In this document: one piece after another, positions 48,136-60,898 of the stretch | Numbering within the stretch: position 1 is the stretch's first letter | Layout of the letters: each line of letters begins with the position of its first letter | Assembly: GCF_016433145.1 (NCBI RefSeq) | Contig: NC_058133.1 | Location: 191,222,385 to 191,286,384 of the forward strand | Reading direction: 5' to 3' | Source: Gracilinanus agilis | Taxonomy: Eukaryota | Length of the DNA stretch: 64,000 nt | Program-made: the position numbers and the translations under genes | Notes under the pieces: generated by a model | Told to the model about the DNA's origin: nothing | Databases searched by the model: none | What the model saw: only the letters and a program-made list of their open reading frames with translations

Positions 48136-48522
48136 ATTGCTACATTTAACCAGAGCACGTTATGGAGTTAGAAGAACAGATTTTCCCTTTCTTCCTTTCT
48201 TTTTTGACATTAAGTTAGAAATTCTCTCAATATTCTTTATTTTTTTTAAGAATTTCTAAATAGTTTTCTTGTATTTTTTCTACCTTATGATTTTCGGAAT
48301 TTTTTAATTTATCTTGTTCTCCTAGGAGACATGAACCCCAGAGATCCCTGTCCTGAGAAAGTTCAGTGTGGGATTGATTCCAGATAGGATTTCAGTAATC
48401 TTCCCTTCACTGTACCAGCCCATTTTCAGCCTACTATGATTTTTCCCCAATACTTTCTTCCTTTGCTTTACATGACCAGGTAGAGTCAATACCTATTGGC
48501 TGTTTCAATAGTGTGGATATTT

Positions 48523-48900
48523 GGGGGGGGGGACTTGAAAATTTTTATTTAATTAATTAATTTAGAACATTTTTTTCCATGGTTTGAAGATTCATGTTCT
48601 TTCTCTTCCCTCCCCCAATACCCCTCCTATAGCTGAAGCTCAATTCCACTGGTTTTTACATGTGTCATTGTTCAAGACCTATATTATTGATATTTGTACT
48701 AGGGTGATCGTTTAGAGTCTATATCCCCAATCATATCCCCATCAAACCATGTGATCAAGCAGTTGTTTTTCTTCTGTGTTTCTACTCCCAGTTTTTCCTC
48801 TGAATGTGGATACTGTTCTTTCTTATAAGTCCCTCAAAATTGTCCTAGATCATTGCATTGCTGCTAGTAGAGAAGTCCATTACAATCAATTGTACCAGTG
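48523..48900 (-). mobile_element. 5'-truncated L1 3' end
   Basis: 3' UTR sequence; TSD-like AGTGT[G/A]GATATTT at 48510-48522 and 48897-48909. Confidence 0.88.
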
Positions 48901-49890
48901 TAGATATTTTTGAACAGAGTCACTGCATGGAGAAGTCCCCATCCTAGGTCAGCTGTTCTATCCCAATCAGGGATCTTTTGACATTGTGTTCATTGAATAG
49001 TGAGACTAATGCTACATGAGCACATAAAGTTAAAATTCTCCTGCATCAGTTCATAAGAATCCTATCTTCCTATGACTAGCTTTTCTTCTTATCTTAAAAT
49101 TTACATCTAATTACAATTATTTCTCCATAAAAGCAAAGTATTGAACTTTTCAAAGTCATGTAATAAAAATGATTTTTATGGGGGAAATGGGGTCAGGGGT
49201 ACAGTAAAAATAAATTTCTTTAGTGACATTAAAAAATATAGGTGTCTAATTAAAATGGTAACACAATTTAGAGTTAAGACTAGGTAAATATCACAGTGAA
49301 TAGTAGCAGTGTCCATAATATTATGATGCTACTCGGCTTACAAACTAGTATGGGAAAGTCAAAGCTATAGGTGAGAGGGCAGCCTCAGTGGGACAAAATA
49401 CCAGGGACATATTTTAAAGGGATTGGGTGGTTTATATGAGGCAGCCTTCCTCTGCTCTAGGTCCTCTTGCAACAGTATATATACAATAAATATGACACAT
49501 TACCTTGAAAAAGATATGAAGTTTGGATGTGGAAGTGAACATCAAAAGAGTTGAAGCTTGTCATTTACCATAAAGTAATACAGTTTTCTCTTATCAATGT
49601 TTCTCAAAAATAAGATTGTAATAAGCCAATGGAAATTCCAATAATGGTCAAATTTTTCCCAAATATATTAATCTAGTTGAAGAAAATTTACATTTTTAAA
49701 AGACTGTTATGGGAGACCTGATTGTATTTTCACCTGACACATAATTAATTTGACACATTAGAAGGAAAGAAGGGAAAGTGGAAGGGAAAATAGAAGAAGG
49801 AAGGGAAGAGGGAGAGAAACAAAAAAAGAAGGAAAAAGGAAATAAAGAAATAGAAAGGGATTGAATTTTTAAAAAAAAAACTAATATGTT

Positions 49891-50095
49891 GGGAGCAGCT
49901 TGGTGGCTCAGCTTATGGAGAGACAGGTCTAGAAACGGGAGGAATTGGATTCAAATCTGAGCTCAGACACTTCCTAGATATGTGACCCTAGGCAAGTTAC
50001 TTAATACCCGTACCACTCTTCTGCCTTAAAACCAATGACAGTATTGATTCTAAAATGGAAGTTAAGGGTTTGTTTGTTTGTTTTTTAAATAGATG
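49891..50095 (+). mobile_element. Diverged SINE1_Mdo-like SINE
   Basis: gggagcagcttggtggctcag...ggattcaaatctg...gaagttaagggttt. Confidence 0.85.
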
Positions 50096-51109
50096 TTTCT
50101 GGTAAAAAGAAGTATATTTTCCAAATGTCTCCTATTCCTTCAGTGTTCTCCCTCCTAACAGGCATGTCTTGAAATCCCTAGTTACACTCAAGTCTTAATT
50201 TCAATACTATTTCTTAGATGGTGATCTCTATTCTTATTAAACATGTACATGGGTATGCATAAATACAAATACATTTTCATTTACTTTCTATATTTGATAT
50301 AGATTTATTTATGTCTATGTCCTTTTGCTCCGGGTAGAACACAACCTCCCTGTCTTCCTCTTTTTCCTTTGTATTGCCAGTGCCTACCTCAGGGCCTGGC
50401 AGACAATAGGTGTTTAATAAATATCTATTGATTTGACATGAAATGAATTTGAGCTAAGTAGCTTTAGGAAAATAGCTCTGCCATTCAGAGAGATTTATTT
50501 AAAATCATAATGAGGAAAAAAGGGAATTGATATCCTCAGAGATCAGGCAGGGAAGACCCCATTTAGGTGAGATGACACATTCTTTTCTCATTAACTTCCA
50601 TAACCCAATGAACCCAATAAAATTGCCCTTAGAACAGCAAAACCAAGCTGAGCTGGAGTCACTATTAAAATGTAATTTTTTTATCTATGTTACACAACTT
50701 TGTCTTAATAAAAATGAATATGAAGCACTCATGTATTGCCAAGTTTTTTTCCGTTTTAAATTAAATGTGACTGCAGAAACTTTGTTTATACTCGTAATTA
50801 GGTTGGTGCTTCATTGAATCAGGGAAGCCCAGGGAAACACAGCCAAATTCAGAAATTTCTAACACTTTGATGACCAAAAGATTGAAGTTTAATTATGGAT
50901 TGATTGGGTCAAAGATACTCAGTGATTTCAAATACTTCAAAAAAAGTGTATTTTTTGCTACCTCATATATGTTTTTGGGAGGTTTGGAGATGGTAGGTCA
51001 AAGTCCACATGCACCTTATTGATTTTTTTTACCAAATTTGCAATCTTTTTTTCAAAAGATAGAAAGATGACAAATTTTCTCTGCTAGAAGTCTTTCCCAT
51101 CCAGTCCCT

Positions 51110-52860
51110 GTGAACGTTTAGGTTCTGTTTCTTTTCTTTTCTTTTTTTTTCTATTATATATAGAAATAATTTTTACAGTTGTTTCCTCCCTCTTCCTTTC
51201 TCTCTCTTCCTTTTCCCTCCCCACTCTCCTTGAGGTGGCAAATGATCTATTATAGGCTATACCAGTGCTTTCCTGCAATATATATTGCCATATTCCCCAT
51301 CATGACTAAAGATACATATCCTATATAAATAAAAAACTTATGAAGAATGGTATGCTTTGATATGTATTCAGATTCCAAAAGTTCCTTCTTTGGCTGTGGA
51401 TAGTATTTTTTTAAATAATGAATCCCTTGGGGCCTATCTTAGAACCTTGTTTTGCTGATAATAGTTTAGTCCTTCACAGATGATCATCATATATTTTTGT
51501 TATTGTTCTAGTGTTGCAACTTCATTTTGCATCAGTTCATATTAGACATTCCAGGTTTTTCTGAACTCATCATGTTCATCATTTTTAAAGGCACAATAGT
51601 TTTCCATTACAACCAACAGCTTGTTCAGTCATTCCCCAATTGATGGATACTCAAAAACTCATGTCTTATTGGCTAAAATGAAAGAAGGGGAGAGTAATGA
51701 ATGTTGGAGGGAATGTGACAAAATTGGGACATTAATGCATTGCTGGTGGAGTTGTGAACTGATCCAGCCATTCTGGCTGGCAATTTGGAATCATTCTCAA
51801 AGGGCTATAAAAGAATGCCTGCCCTTTGATCCAGCCATACCATTGTTGGGTTTGTACTTCAAAGAGATCATAGATAAACAGACTTGCACAAAAATATTTA
51901 TAGCTGCGCTTTTTGTGGTCACAAAAAACTGGAAAAGGAGGGTATGTCCTTCAATTGGGGAATGGCTGAACAAACTGTGGTATATTCGGGTGATGGAATA
52001 CTATTGTGCTAAAAGGAATAATAAACTGGAGGAGTTCCAGGCGAACTGGAGAGACCTCCAGGAACTGATGCAGAGCAAAAGGAGCAGAGCCAGAAGAACA
52101 TTGTACAGAGAGACTGACATACTGTGGTAAAATCGAATGTAATGGACTTCTGTACTAGCAGCAATGCAATGACCCAGGACAGCTCTGAGGGATTTATGGT
52201 AAAGAAAGCTACCCATATTCAGAGGAAGGACTGCAGGAGAAGAAACATATAAGAGAAACAACTGCTTGAATGCATGGGTTGGGGTGGACATGATTAAGGA
52301 TGTGGACTCGAAACTACCACACCAATGCAACTACCAACAATTTGGAAATAGGTCTTGATCAAGGACACATGACAAAACCGGTGGAAATGTGCATCGGCCA
52401 TGGGTGGGGGGAGTGCGGGGGGTGGGGGGAAAGTGGGAGCATGGGTAATGTAACCATGTTAAAAATGAATATTAATAAATGTTTAAATTAAAAAAAATAA
52501 CTGCTAAAATATTTTCATACAAATAGGCCCTTTCTCTTATTTCTAATCTTTTTAGGATACAGATCTAGTAGTAGTATTTTCAAAAAGTATGCATAGTCCC
52601 ATATTGCTCTCCAGAATGGTTGTATCAGTTCACAATCCCACTGGTGTCCCAATTTTCCCACATCCCTTCCAACATTTATCATTTTCCCTTTTTGGTCTCA
52701 GTAGTTACTCTGATAGATGTGAAGTGCTATCTCAAAGCTGTCTTATTTGCATTTCTCTAATCAATAGTGATTGGGAACATTTCCTCATATGACTACTGAA
52801 AGTTTTAATTTCTTCATCTGAGACTTATTCTTTCATTTCCTTTAACGATTTATCGATTGG
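51110..52860 (-). mobile_element. Old L1 3' region, split by a younger L1
   Basis: Colinear pieces at 51110-51650 and 52500-52860. Confidence 0.75.
51665..52500 (+). mobile_element. Younger 5'-truncated L1 3' end
   Basis: ORF 51621-52130 is ORF2 C-terminal (ECWRECDKIGTLMHCWW...CPSIGEWLNKLW); same family as 142-845. Confidence 0.93.
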
Positions 52861-53739
52861 GTACTGTGTTCTATTAATGAAATCTTTGAGAAGACAACAT
52901 CACTATTGTACTATGATGAGACATCAGAGGAGGAATCTCGTGTATGCTATGATTTATAGCTTATAAAAATTTTGATTAAGACATCTCATGATTTCATAGA
53001 ATATTAGAAGAGATGGGACCTTACAGTTTCTCAAGTTCAAATTATGAATATATCAAAATTTTTATACAAATAAATATGTAATTATGTTTCTATGTGTGTA
53101 CATTATGCACACTTCATTTTATATGAAATGTGTGAGCACACACATGTATACATACATATAAACAGAATTTGTGTGTATTGCTTTCATGTGTATTTAAACA
53201 TGTATGTATATACATGGAGAGAGGAGGGAGACACACACTCACACACATACACACAGAATTTTCCCTAGGCCTGGGATACGTAAGACTCTGAGCTGTACGA
53301 TGTATAGCTCTAGATATAAGAACTTGTGCTGTAAAGAGATTAAAAATTTATCAGTCATATCTCAGCAAGTTATTCTTATTCTAATTCAATTCAACCCAAT
53401 AGACAAACATTTATTATGCACCTACTACTGTATGTGCAAAACATTATTGTAGGCTCAAGGACATATATGCAAAAGTGAGCTAGTTTGAGTCTTCTAAGAA
53501 GCTACATTCCATTTAATGTAACCTTGATCAGGAGTATTTATTTCATAGTTCAGTAAACCAGTTATTATCACCACTTCTCAACAGTGCCTGGCCCATATTC
53601 AACAAAAAGGCAATATGATTCAGTCAGTCATCTCACTAGCTTCCTCAGGTAAGAATAGGAGCCAAAAGTTTCTTTGACTTCATCTCTTCTTAGTCAAAGC
53701 ATGCTCCCTTGATGACAAGAGACCTGATCTGATGTCTTC

Positions 53740-53945
53740 TATCTGTCCCTCCCTCGCTCCCTCCCTCCTTCTCTCTCCTCTCTCTCTTCTCTCTCTCTTT
53801 CTCTCTTTCTTTCCCTTTCCCTCTCTCCCTCTCTCTTTGTCTCCCCCTTTCCCTCCCTCCCTCAGCTCTCTGTCTCTCTCCCTCTCTGTCTGTCTGTCTC
53901 GCTGTGTCTCTCTTTCTCCTTCCTTCTTTCCTTTCTTTCTTTCCC
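53740..53945. repeat. CT-rich polypyrimidine low-complexity tract
   Basis: Direct reading. Confidence 0.9.
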
Positions 53946-53949
53946 ACAC

Positions 53950-56900
53950 ACTGGGAGACAAGCACTTCCTGCTACTACTTCCTTGCCAACCATCTTAAGT
54001 GAGAGGAAGCACCAGGCATTACTTTGAATTGCCCCTGCTTCAAAGTGATGACTTCCACCTGTGACACCATGAGCTATTTTTCACCACATATGGACAGCTT
54101 GATTTGCCTGCCAGGATATGGAGAATCTCTGGTAAAAGAAAAATAATTTATCCTTTGACCTTAAACCTTCAATCTCCTTCTTCAGCTGCTCCCTATAGGA
54201 AAAGGAAAGTTAATAAGGAATAGGATTTCTCTCTCCTGTGAAGGTTCAACTTCCAACTCCTAATGTGCCCTTTCTCTTACTAATTCCCACCCTTTGAAGG
54301 GAAGGGAAGTAGTTAAACAGGGCCTTCCATCTGACCATCTGATTTTATGCCTCCCATTTCAAACTCCACCTTCTTCAGCCTCTGTTGGGGAGAAGAGTGG
54401 TACTCTCTTTTCATGATGAATTTCTTATACCTAGTCATACCTTTTACATACCAATGATTCTAAGCTTCTGTAAATCATTCTTCTAAAACAATTTTTCAAT
54501 ACAACACTATTCCTCTCAATTATATCATTCCAAAGTTTTAACTAAATACCACCTAGACTTTCCATTATGCCATCAGCAATAACTATTTCAAAGGATAAAA
54601 CAACAACAACAGCAGCAGCAGCAACAACAAAACAACCTCCTTTCATCCTAAATCTTTTTCTCTCTCTCAATCCTTCTATCTACTACCTGAATTGACCAGA
54701 TGAAACATCCTCCCTGGCCATCCTTTCTATACTGAGTTCATCTTAACTCACTCTATTTGGACCACTGTTTGATGTAGGAATTGGAATAACTGTTGCTCTA
54801 TATTGTGACTTTCAGGTTGTCTCCCTTTTTCTATCATTAAGGAACCTCTCTTTCATTGAGTGTCATGCTATTCACATCTACCATTTAATAAAAATCCTAG
54901 TAGTTATTGTATTCTTCTTCCTTCCTCAATAAGTTGATATATGGCTTACAATTTTTCTCTCCTCTCCAACTCTGGCCCACACTCTAGGTGATTGAAATAT
55001 ACATATTTGGTCTTCCCTCAAATATCCTAATCATTCAATCCCTCAACTTATTTGCTTCATATGAGCAACTTCTCCATTTCTTCTCAGTCATATATGAAGA
55101 TGGTCATTCCCTTGATCTTGTCACTACCCACAAATATACCACCTTCTTCTTCAAGAATTCTGAAGGCCTTGGCTGACTATAACCTATTGGCTTTTTACTT
55201 CTCCTCCTGCCTTCCCTTACAAAAACCTATAATATAGTCTATATAGTGACTCCAATCCCTTAACCATTTAATTATCTCATGCCATTTCCCCTGCACTAGC
55301 CTTTCTCTTCTCTTTTTTTCTTCTAACCACTTGGTAAACAAATTTTACTCTATACTGTTCTCTTTTGAATTCCTGTCTCCTTTATCATATTGTCAATTGT
55401 ACTTTGCCATGCCTCAGCTTTGAATCATTCCCACCATTTGCCATCATCACTCCTAAACACATGATGCTGAGTGAAGATGGAGAAAACACATACATGCTTT
55501 TACAGGACTCACTACAAATTTAGGTTACACAACTTCAACTGAACCTTTATTACTGTTGGAAATTCTACTTTACCTACTTTATTAATTCACTATTCCACTC
55601 TCTATAGGGGTTCTTACAAACATTTTCATCCCTTTTCAAACTTTCCATGACTCCATCTCACCCCATTTTCAAAGATGAAATCATTGCCTCATATTTTACA
55701 GGGGAAAAATGAGATCATTTTCCATGAGCTCACTCTTCTCTCCTCTTCTTTACCTTTTATCACATCTTACTCGGATGCCTTCTGCTACTATTTCTTCTTT
55801 CAGCCCTCTCTCATATGCTGAGGTAGCCTTATTCCTTTCCAAGCTAATTCCTCTTACCTGCCCAAGAAATCTTTCAGTATTGTCTCAACCAAGAGTTTTC
55901 CCTTTTATCATTTCCATTTTATCACTTACTTTCTATCTTTCCCTTTTTACTGGCCCATATTGCCAATGAACATGTCATCTTCCCTATTCTTATAAAATCT
56001 TCATTTCATCTTTCCATCTCTGCTAACTATTATCTGATATCTTTTCTGTTCTTGGTAGTGAAATACCTTGAAAAGGCCATCTACAGGGAAAGAATGCCAT
56101 GATAGCAGAGGAAAGGCAGAGACTTAGTCAAATTCTCCCAATATAACCCTTTAAATACCCTAATAGCTAAAATAAAATTCTGGAGTTGCAGAGTTAAAAA
56201 AAAAAGATCAAGGTGAAACAATTTTCCAAACTAAGAGAACTCAGGAAGTCAAGTGGTAAAGTCTGTGACACCACAATAGTGGCCAGCATGGCACATACGT
56301 GGCAGCAGCATGATGGGTGGACCTTGGAGTAGACAGCAACAGGTTCAAGAACTTTTAGCCCAGAGACAGAAAGAGAGGGGAGGTTGGACAGCTGGTCAAA
56401 AAGAGATTACAGGGGACTCTTTGCTGATACTGGGTGTAAACAGTACCTGTTTAACAACTCTATTGCCCATATGCAGTTCTAGATTACAGTTTCAGGGTAG
56501 AGAGGAGTGAATGCTTGTGGTCAGGCTCAAGGCAGCAGAGGTCCTCATCACAATTCCAAGACAGAGAGAGAAGCACTAGTTCTTGCGGCTGAAAGTGATC
56601 TCTCCAACGTTACTGATGATCTCTTACTTAAGAAATCCAAAGGCCTTCTCAATCCTTATTCCTTTTGACTTCTCTGCAGGCTTTGACATTGATAATCATT
56701 CTCTTCTCCTTGATACTTTTTGGAAATCTTTAAGTTTTTAGACACCACTCACTTCTTGTTCTCGTCTTGCTATCTGACTGCTCTCCTTCTTTCTCTTTTG
56801 CTGGATATTTATTCATATAATTTCTTCTCACTATAGACGTCCTTCAGAGTTCTGTTATGAGCCCAGTTCTCCTTCTATATTACATTGGTGATCAGCTTCT

Positions 56901-58850
56901 ATGTATTTTATTACCATCTATATGCTTATGTTAATTAAATATACCAAAATTGTTTTATTCTTTCTGATGACTTTAAATCTCACATCTTCAACTATCTTTT
57001 AGAATCACAAATTGGAGTTCCAATAGACATCTTAGATTCAACATGGCCAAAAGAAAACTCATTTCCCATAAACCCTCTGCACTTACCTTTCCTTTTATTG
57101 TAGAGAGCAACACAATTTTTTTCAGTTCCTCAGGTTCACAACCAAGGAAAAATCCTTTACTTTTCACTATCTCTGATTTCTCACATTCAATCGGCTGCTG
57201 AGACCTATTCATTTCATCTATGCAATATCTCATATATTTTTCTTTCAGGCCTCTCATATAGCCACCTCTCTAATGTAAGTCCTTGTCACCTTACACCTGG
57301 ACAATTAACATTTTCTACTGGTGGATCTTTCAGCCTAAAGTCTCTTTCCAATTTAATCCATGTTATCACCTTCTCCAATAAATTCTAGTGGTTTATATTA
57401 CATCCAGAACCAAATACCAAATACTCTGTTCAGCATCTAAAGAGCCTGATAACCTAAGCTCCTTCTACCTTTCCAATATTCTTAAATCTTAACACCTGCT
57501 AAATACTCTTCAATGAAGTGATACTGGTCCCTTCTCTGTTCCATGAACAAGACCCACCATCTTTCAGTTCTGGTCATATTCTTTGGCTCTCCCCCATACC
57601 TAGAATTCTCTCTCTAAATCTACCTTCTGTGGCTTTATTTAAGTCCCAACTAAAAGTCCATGATTTATAGGAAACTTTCTCAAAAATCTCTTAATTCTAG
57701 TACCTTCATTCTTTTAATTATTTTTATTCATTCCACAGCTTGTTTTTGTATATTTATTTGAATATTCCTTCCTTCACATTAAACTGTAAGTCTTTTGAGA
57801 ACGAGGTCTGACTTTTACCTATTTTTATATCCCTAGTGATTAATACAGTATCTGGCCCATAGGCAGTTAATAAATGTTTGTTTTTGAACTGATTAATTAA
57901 CCTCCAACACTATAATGGTGAGTGTATAGATCAATACTAACTAGGACCACATTTGTGGCAGGGGACATAACTGGGATGATCAAGCTTAGAAATTCACATG
58001 TTTTGACTCAGAGCTTTATGTATGAGAGAAGTGTTCTTGTGTATTCTATCATTTGCTTAAATAGTCTAAAAATTCCCTGGTCATTTTCCCTGACAAATAA
58101 CCATAAGTTGTTTTTAACTTTACTCATGGAAGAATTATTAATTAGGCCACAGAATAATATTAAGTATTCTTGGATCTAGGTATGTATTTAAGAAAGAACT
58201 TTAGTCACATTGCAAAGTCCATAGCAAAACACTATTAGAAGCTACACAATTTAATTTTCTAAAGGATAGATCTGACTGTGTTAACACTACTAATGAATGA
58301 ATTCCAATATCTTCCTGTAATCTCTAGCATGACATAAAGTTCCTGTGTTTGGCATTTAAGAGTCTTTAACAAATCCAACTCCTTATCCTTTTGGTCTCTC
58401 AGTTCTTTACTCATCTTCACACATTCTGCAATATAGCTATCTTCATCTATTTGCAATTCCTTACGTATGACATTCTATCTCCCACCTATATCCAACTGTC
58501 TCTCATATTTGACATGCACGTCTTCTTCACCTCTGCCTCTTAGTTCCCCTGGTTTCCTTCAAGACTTAGTTCAAATCTCTTCTTTGTAATCTCATCCTAC
58601 CTAGTGCCTTCCCTTCTCACATTACTTCCCACTCTGTGGAAATACATGTATATTTATATTATACATATATATGTAATAGGTGTGTGTATTTATATGTGAT
58701 TATATACATATTAGAATACATGTCCCACTAGAATGAAATCTCCTTGAAGACCGGGACTGTTTTTCTCAGTTTTGATTTGTATTTTCAAATCTTAACACAA
58801 TGCTTAACACAGAGTAAGCTTTGTTAACTGAGTGACTGACTACAATTGTG
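53950..58850 (+). mobile_element. Long, highly degraded L2 with a small (CAA/CAG)n tract at about 54598-54635
   Basis: Pyrimidine-rich L2-like ORF remnants and L2 3' tails (taataaatgtttg at about 57870; taagctttgttaactgagtgactgact at about 58820). Confidence 0.65.
56085..56590 (+). mobile_element. Old L1 5' UTR-only fragment inside L2
   Basis: ccatgatagcagag start, resembling L1 5' ends (ccaagatggcggag type); L2 resumes afterwards. Confidence 0.5.
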
Positions 58851-58977
58851 TGTACTGCATTTTGAAGGAGAATAGATGCTATTGGAGGTTCCAGAAAGAA
58901 AACAACCATTCTCCTAGAATAACACAAAGAAGGATGACTGGCTAAGAGGATCTATATTCCTTCATATCATCTTATTT

Positions 58978-58978
<1 letters not shown>

Positions 58979-59024
<46 letters not shown>
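58979..59024. repeat. (GT)23 microsatellite
   Basis: Direct reading. Confidence 0.97.
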
Positions 59025-59026
<2 letters not shown>

Positions 59027-59570
59027 TTCTGTGCCATATAGTGCTCTCAGGACAGAAGAAACTATCCTATGAGGTCATAATTTTCACTGTCATTATCAGT
59101 TCTGAAAGTGTCTTAGAATAAAAAGCGAATTGCCTCTACTCATATTTTTCTATATATATGCATCAATATGGCTTCCTTAGTAGTAGATGCTAGGTAAAAA
59201 GACTTGTTTCATTCATCAAAAATTTCATATTTTTTAATGGTAATGAAAAATTTGAATGTATAAAATTTATTCTTAAATTTAGAAACTAATTATTTTTAAA
59301 GTTAAAAAGTTAATTTTATGATTTTTGGCCAGGTCTATGATTTTCCACTGATCATATAGATTGGAAATTCATCTCTGACTTAAATAAACATACTCTTATA
59401 GTTGCAAGGAGAACTTAGTGATTGATTGTCTTGCCCAGGTTCACATAGCTAATACATGTCAAACCTCAAATCACTTATTTCCAATTCCACTAATCCCATA
59501 TCTTTTATGTTATTGTCTTGCTCAGCCAGCATTAGGTTATACTTCATAGGTTTTCTCTTTCATCTTATAA

Positions 59571-59572
<2 letters not shown>

Positions 59573-59610
<38 letters not shown>

Positions 59611-59953
59611 NNNNNNNNNNNNNNNNNNNNNNNNNNNNNNNNNNNNNNNNNNNNNNNNNNNNNNNNNNNNNNNNNNNNNNNNNNNNNNNNNNNNNNNNNN
59701 NNNNNNNNNNNNNNNNNNNNNNNNNNNNNNNNNNNNNNNNNNNNNNNNNNNNNNNNNNNNNNNNNNNNNNNNNNNNNNNNNNNNNNNNNNNNNNNNNNNN
59801 NNNNNNNNNNNNNNNNNNNNNNNNNNNNNNNNNNNNNNNNNNNNNNNNNNNNNNNNNNNNNNNNNNNNNNNNNNNNNNNNNNNNNNNNNNNNNNNNNNNN
59901 NNNNNNNNNNNNNNNNNNNNNNNNNNTGTGTGTGTGTGTGTGTGTGTGTGTGT

Positions 59954-59994
<41 letters not shown>
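59573..59994. repeat. Compound microsatellite (TA)n-[316 N gap 59611-59926]-(TG)n-(TAGA)n
   Basis: Direct reading. Confidence 0.95.
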
Positions 59995-59995
<1 letters not shown>

Positions 59996-60073
59996 TCACT
60001 CAATAAATGACATAGAACATATAAGAAGGAAATACTAATAAAACTTTCTTTTTTATATGCCAGAATGTTAATT

Positions 60074-60079
60074 TTTATT
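60074..60079 (-). terminator. Poly(A) signal of gene 5
   Basis: First AATAAA on the minus strand, about 250 nt after the stop. Confidence 0.65.
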
Positions 60080-60325
60080 TGGAAAGAGACATACAATAAG
60101 CCAAGGGAGTAAGAGGACATCCAAAAAAGAGAATTGCATCATTGGAATCTCACCTTCTAGTTTTTAGGATGAGATAGTTACTATTTTTGAATGAACACAA
60201 AAAGAAACTTTCTTTTCAATCAGAGTGAAGTTTTGTTCATAATGATAAATAAAAGGAAAAGAATTTTTGATTTTCTAGGGGAGGCTGTTGATGGTGAGCA
60301 TCTGTAGGCAAATCCGAGCACTCAC

Positions 60326-60769
60326 TCAGCAACAAGAGGAGCCACAGCAGGCTGGACGGCAGCAGGTGGTTCTGCAACAGGTGGTCTGGCAGCAGGTGGG
60401 GCGACAGCAAGGCTGGCAGCAGCTGGACACACAACAACTGGGGCGGCAGCAAGGTTGGCAGCAGCTAGAAATACAGCAGCTGGGGCGGCAGCNNNNNNNN
60501 NNNNNNNNNNNNNNNNNNNNNNNNNNNNNNNNNNNNNNNNNNNNNNNNNNNNNNNNNNNNNNNNNNNNNNNNNNNNNNNNNNNNNNNNNNNNNNNNNNNN
60601 NNNNNNNNNNNNNNNNNNNNNNNNNNGGCCTGTAACAGTTGGTCCTGCAGCAGGTGCTCTGGCAGCAGGCTGGCCGAAGGCAGCAGGCAGGGCGGCAGCA
60701 GCAGGGAGCACAGCAGCCAGAGCCACAGCTTGGACCACAACAGGTGGAACCACAACAGGAGCTGACCAT
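60326..60769 (-). CDS. Ultra-high-sulfur KRTAP, subtype A (gene 5); 134 N gap at 60493-60626
   Basis: [30 protein letters not shown]...[20 protein letters not shown]; aacaccATG context; TATA box and poly(A) signal present. Confidence 0.9.
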   Translation of the reverse strand: MVSSCCGSTCCGPSCGSGCCAPCCCRPACCLRPACCQSTCCRTNCYRXXXXXXXXXXXXXXXXXXXXXXXXXXXXXXXXXXXXXXXXXXXXXXCRPSCCISSCCQPCCRPSCCVSSCCQPCCRPTCCQTTCCRTTCCRPACCGSSCC

Positions 60770-60841
60770 GGTGTTGGTAGGTTGATTTGTTTCCAGGTGA
60801 GTGAGTTACTTGAGTTTGAAGGAATCCCAACCCATGGGCAT

Positions 60842-60898
60842 CTTATATACCATCTTGAGTGATGGACATCATCAGTAAAAAACTTCCTTGTTATTGTT
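60842..60898 (-). promoter_or_regulatory. Core promoter of gene 5: TATATAAG plus AACAATAACAAGGAAG
   Basis: cttatata at 60842-60849; cttccttgttattgtt at 60883-60898. Confidence 0.8.

Noticed and set aside
53680-53998. Arg/Glu-rich and Leu/Ser-rich ORFs
   Set aside because: Translation of a CT/GA low-complexity tract.
54061-54146. gacaccATG-MSYF...GYG short ORF as a Gly/Tyr-rich KRTAP remnant
   Set aside because: Only 25 codons, not Gly/Tyr-rich, no upstream TATA or family motif, and it lies in L2-like sequence.
59456-60120. ORFs of 144-186 aa
   Set aside because: Artefacts of microsatellites plus the N gap.
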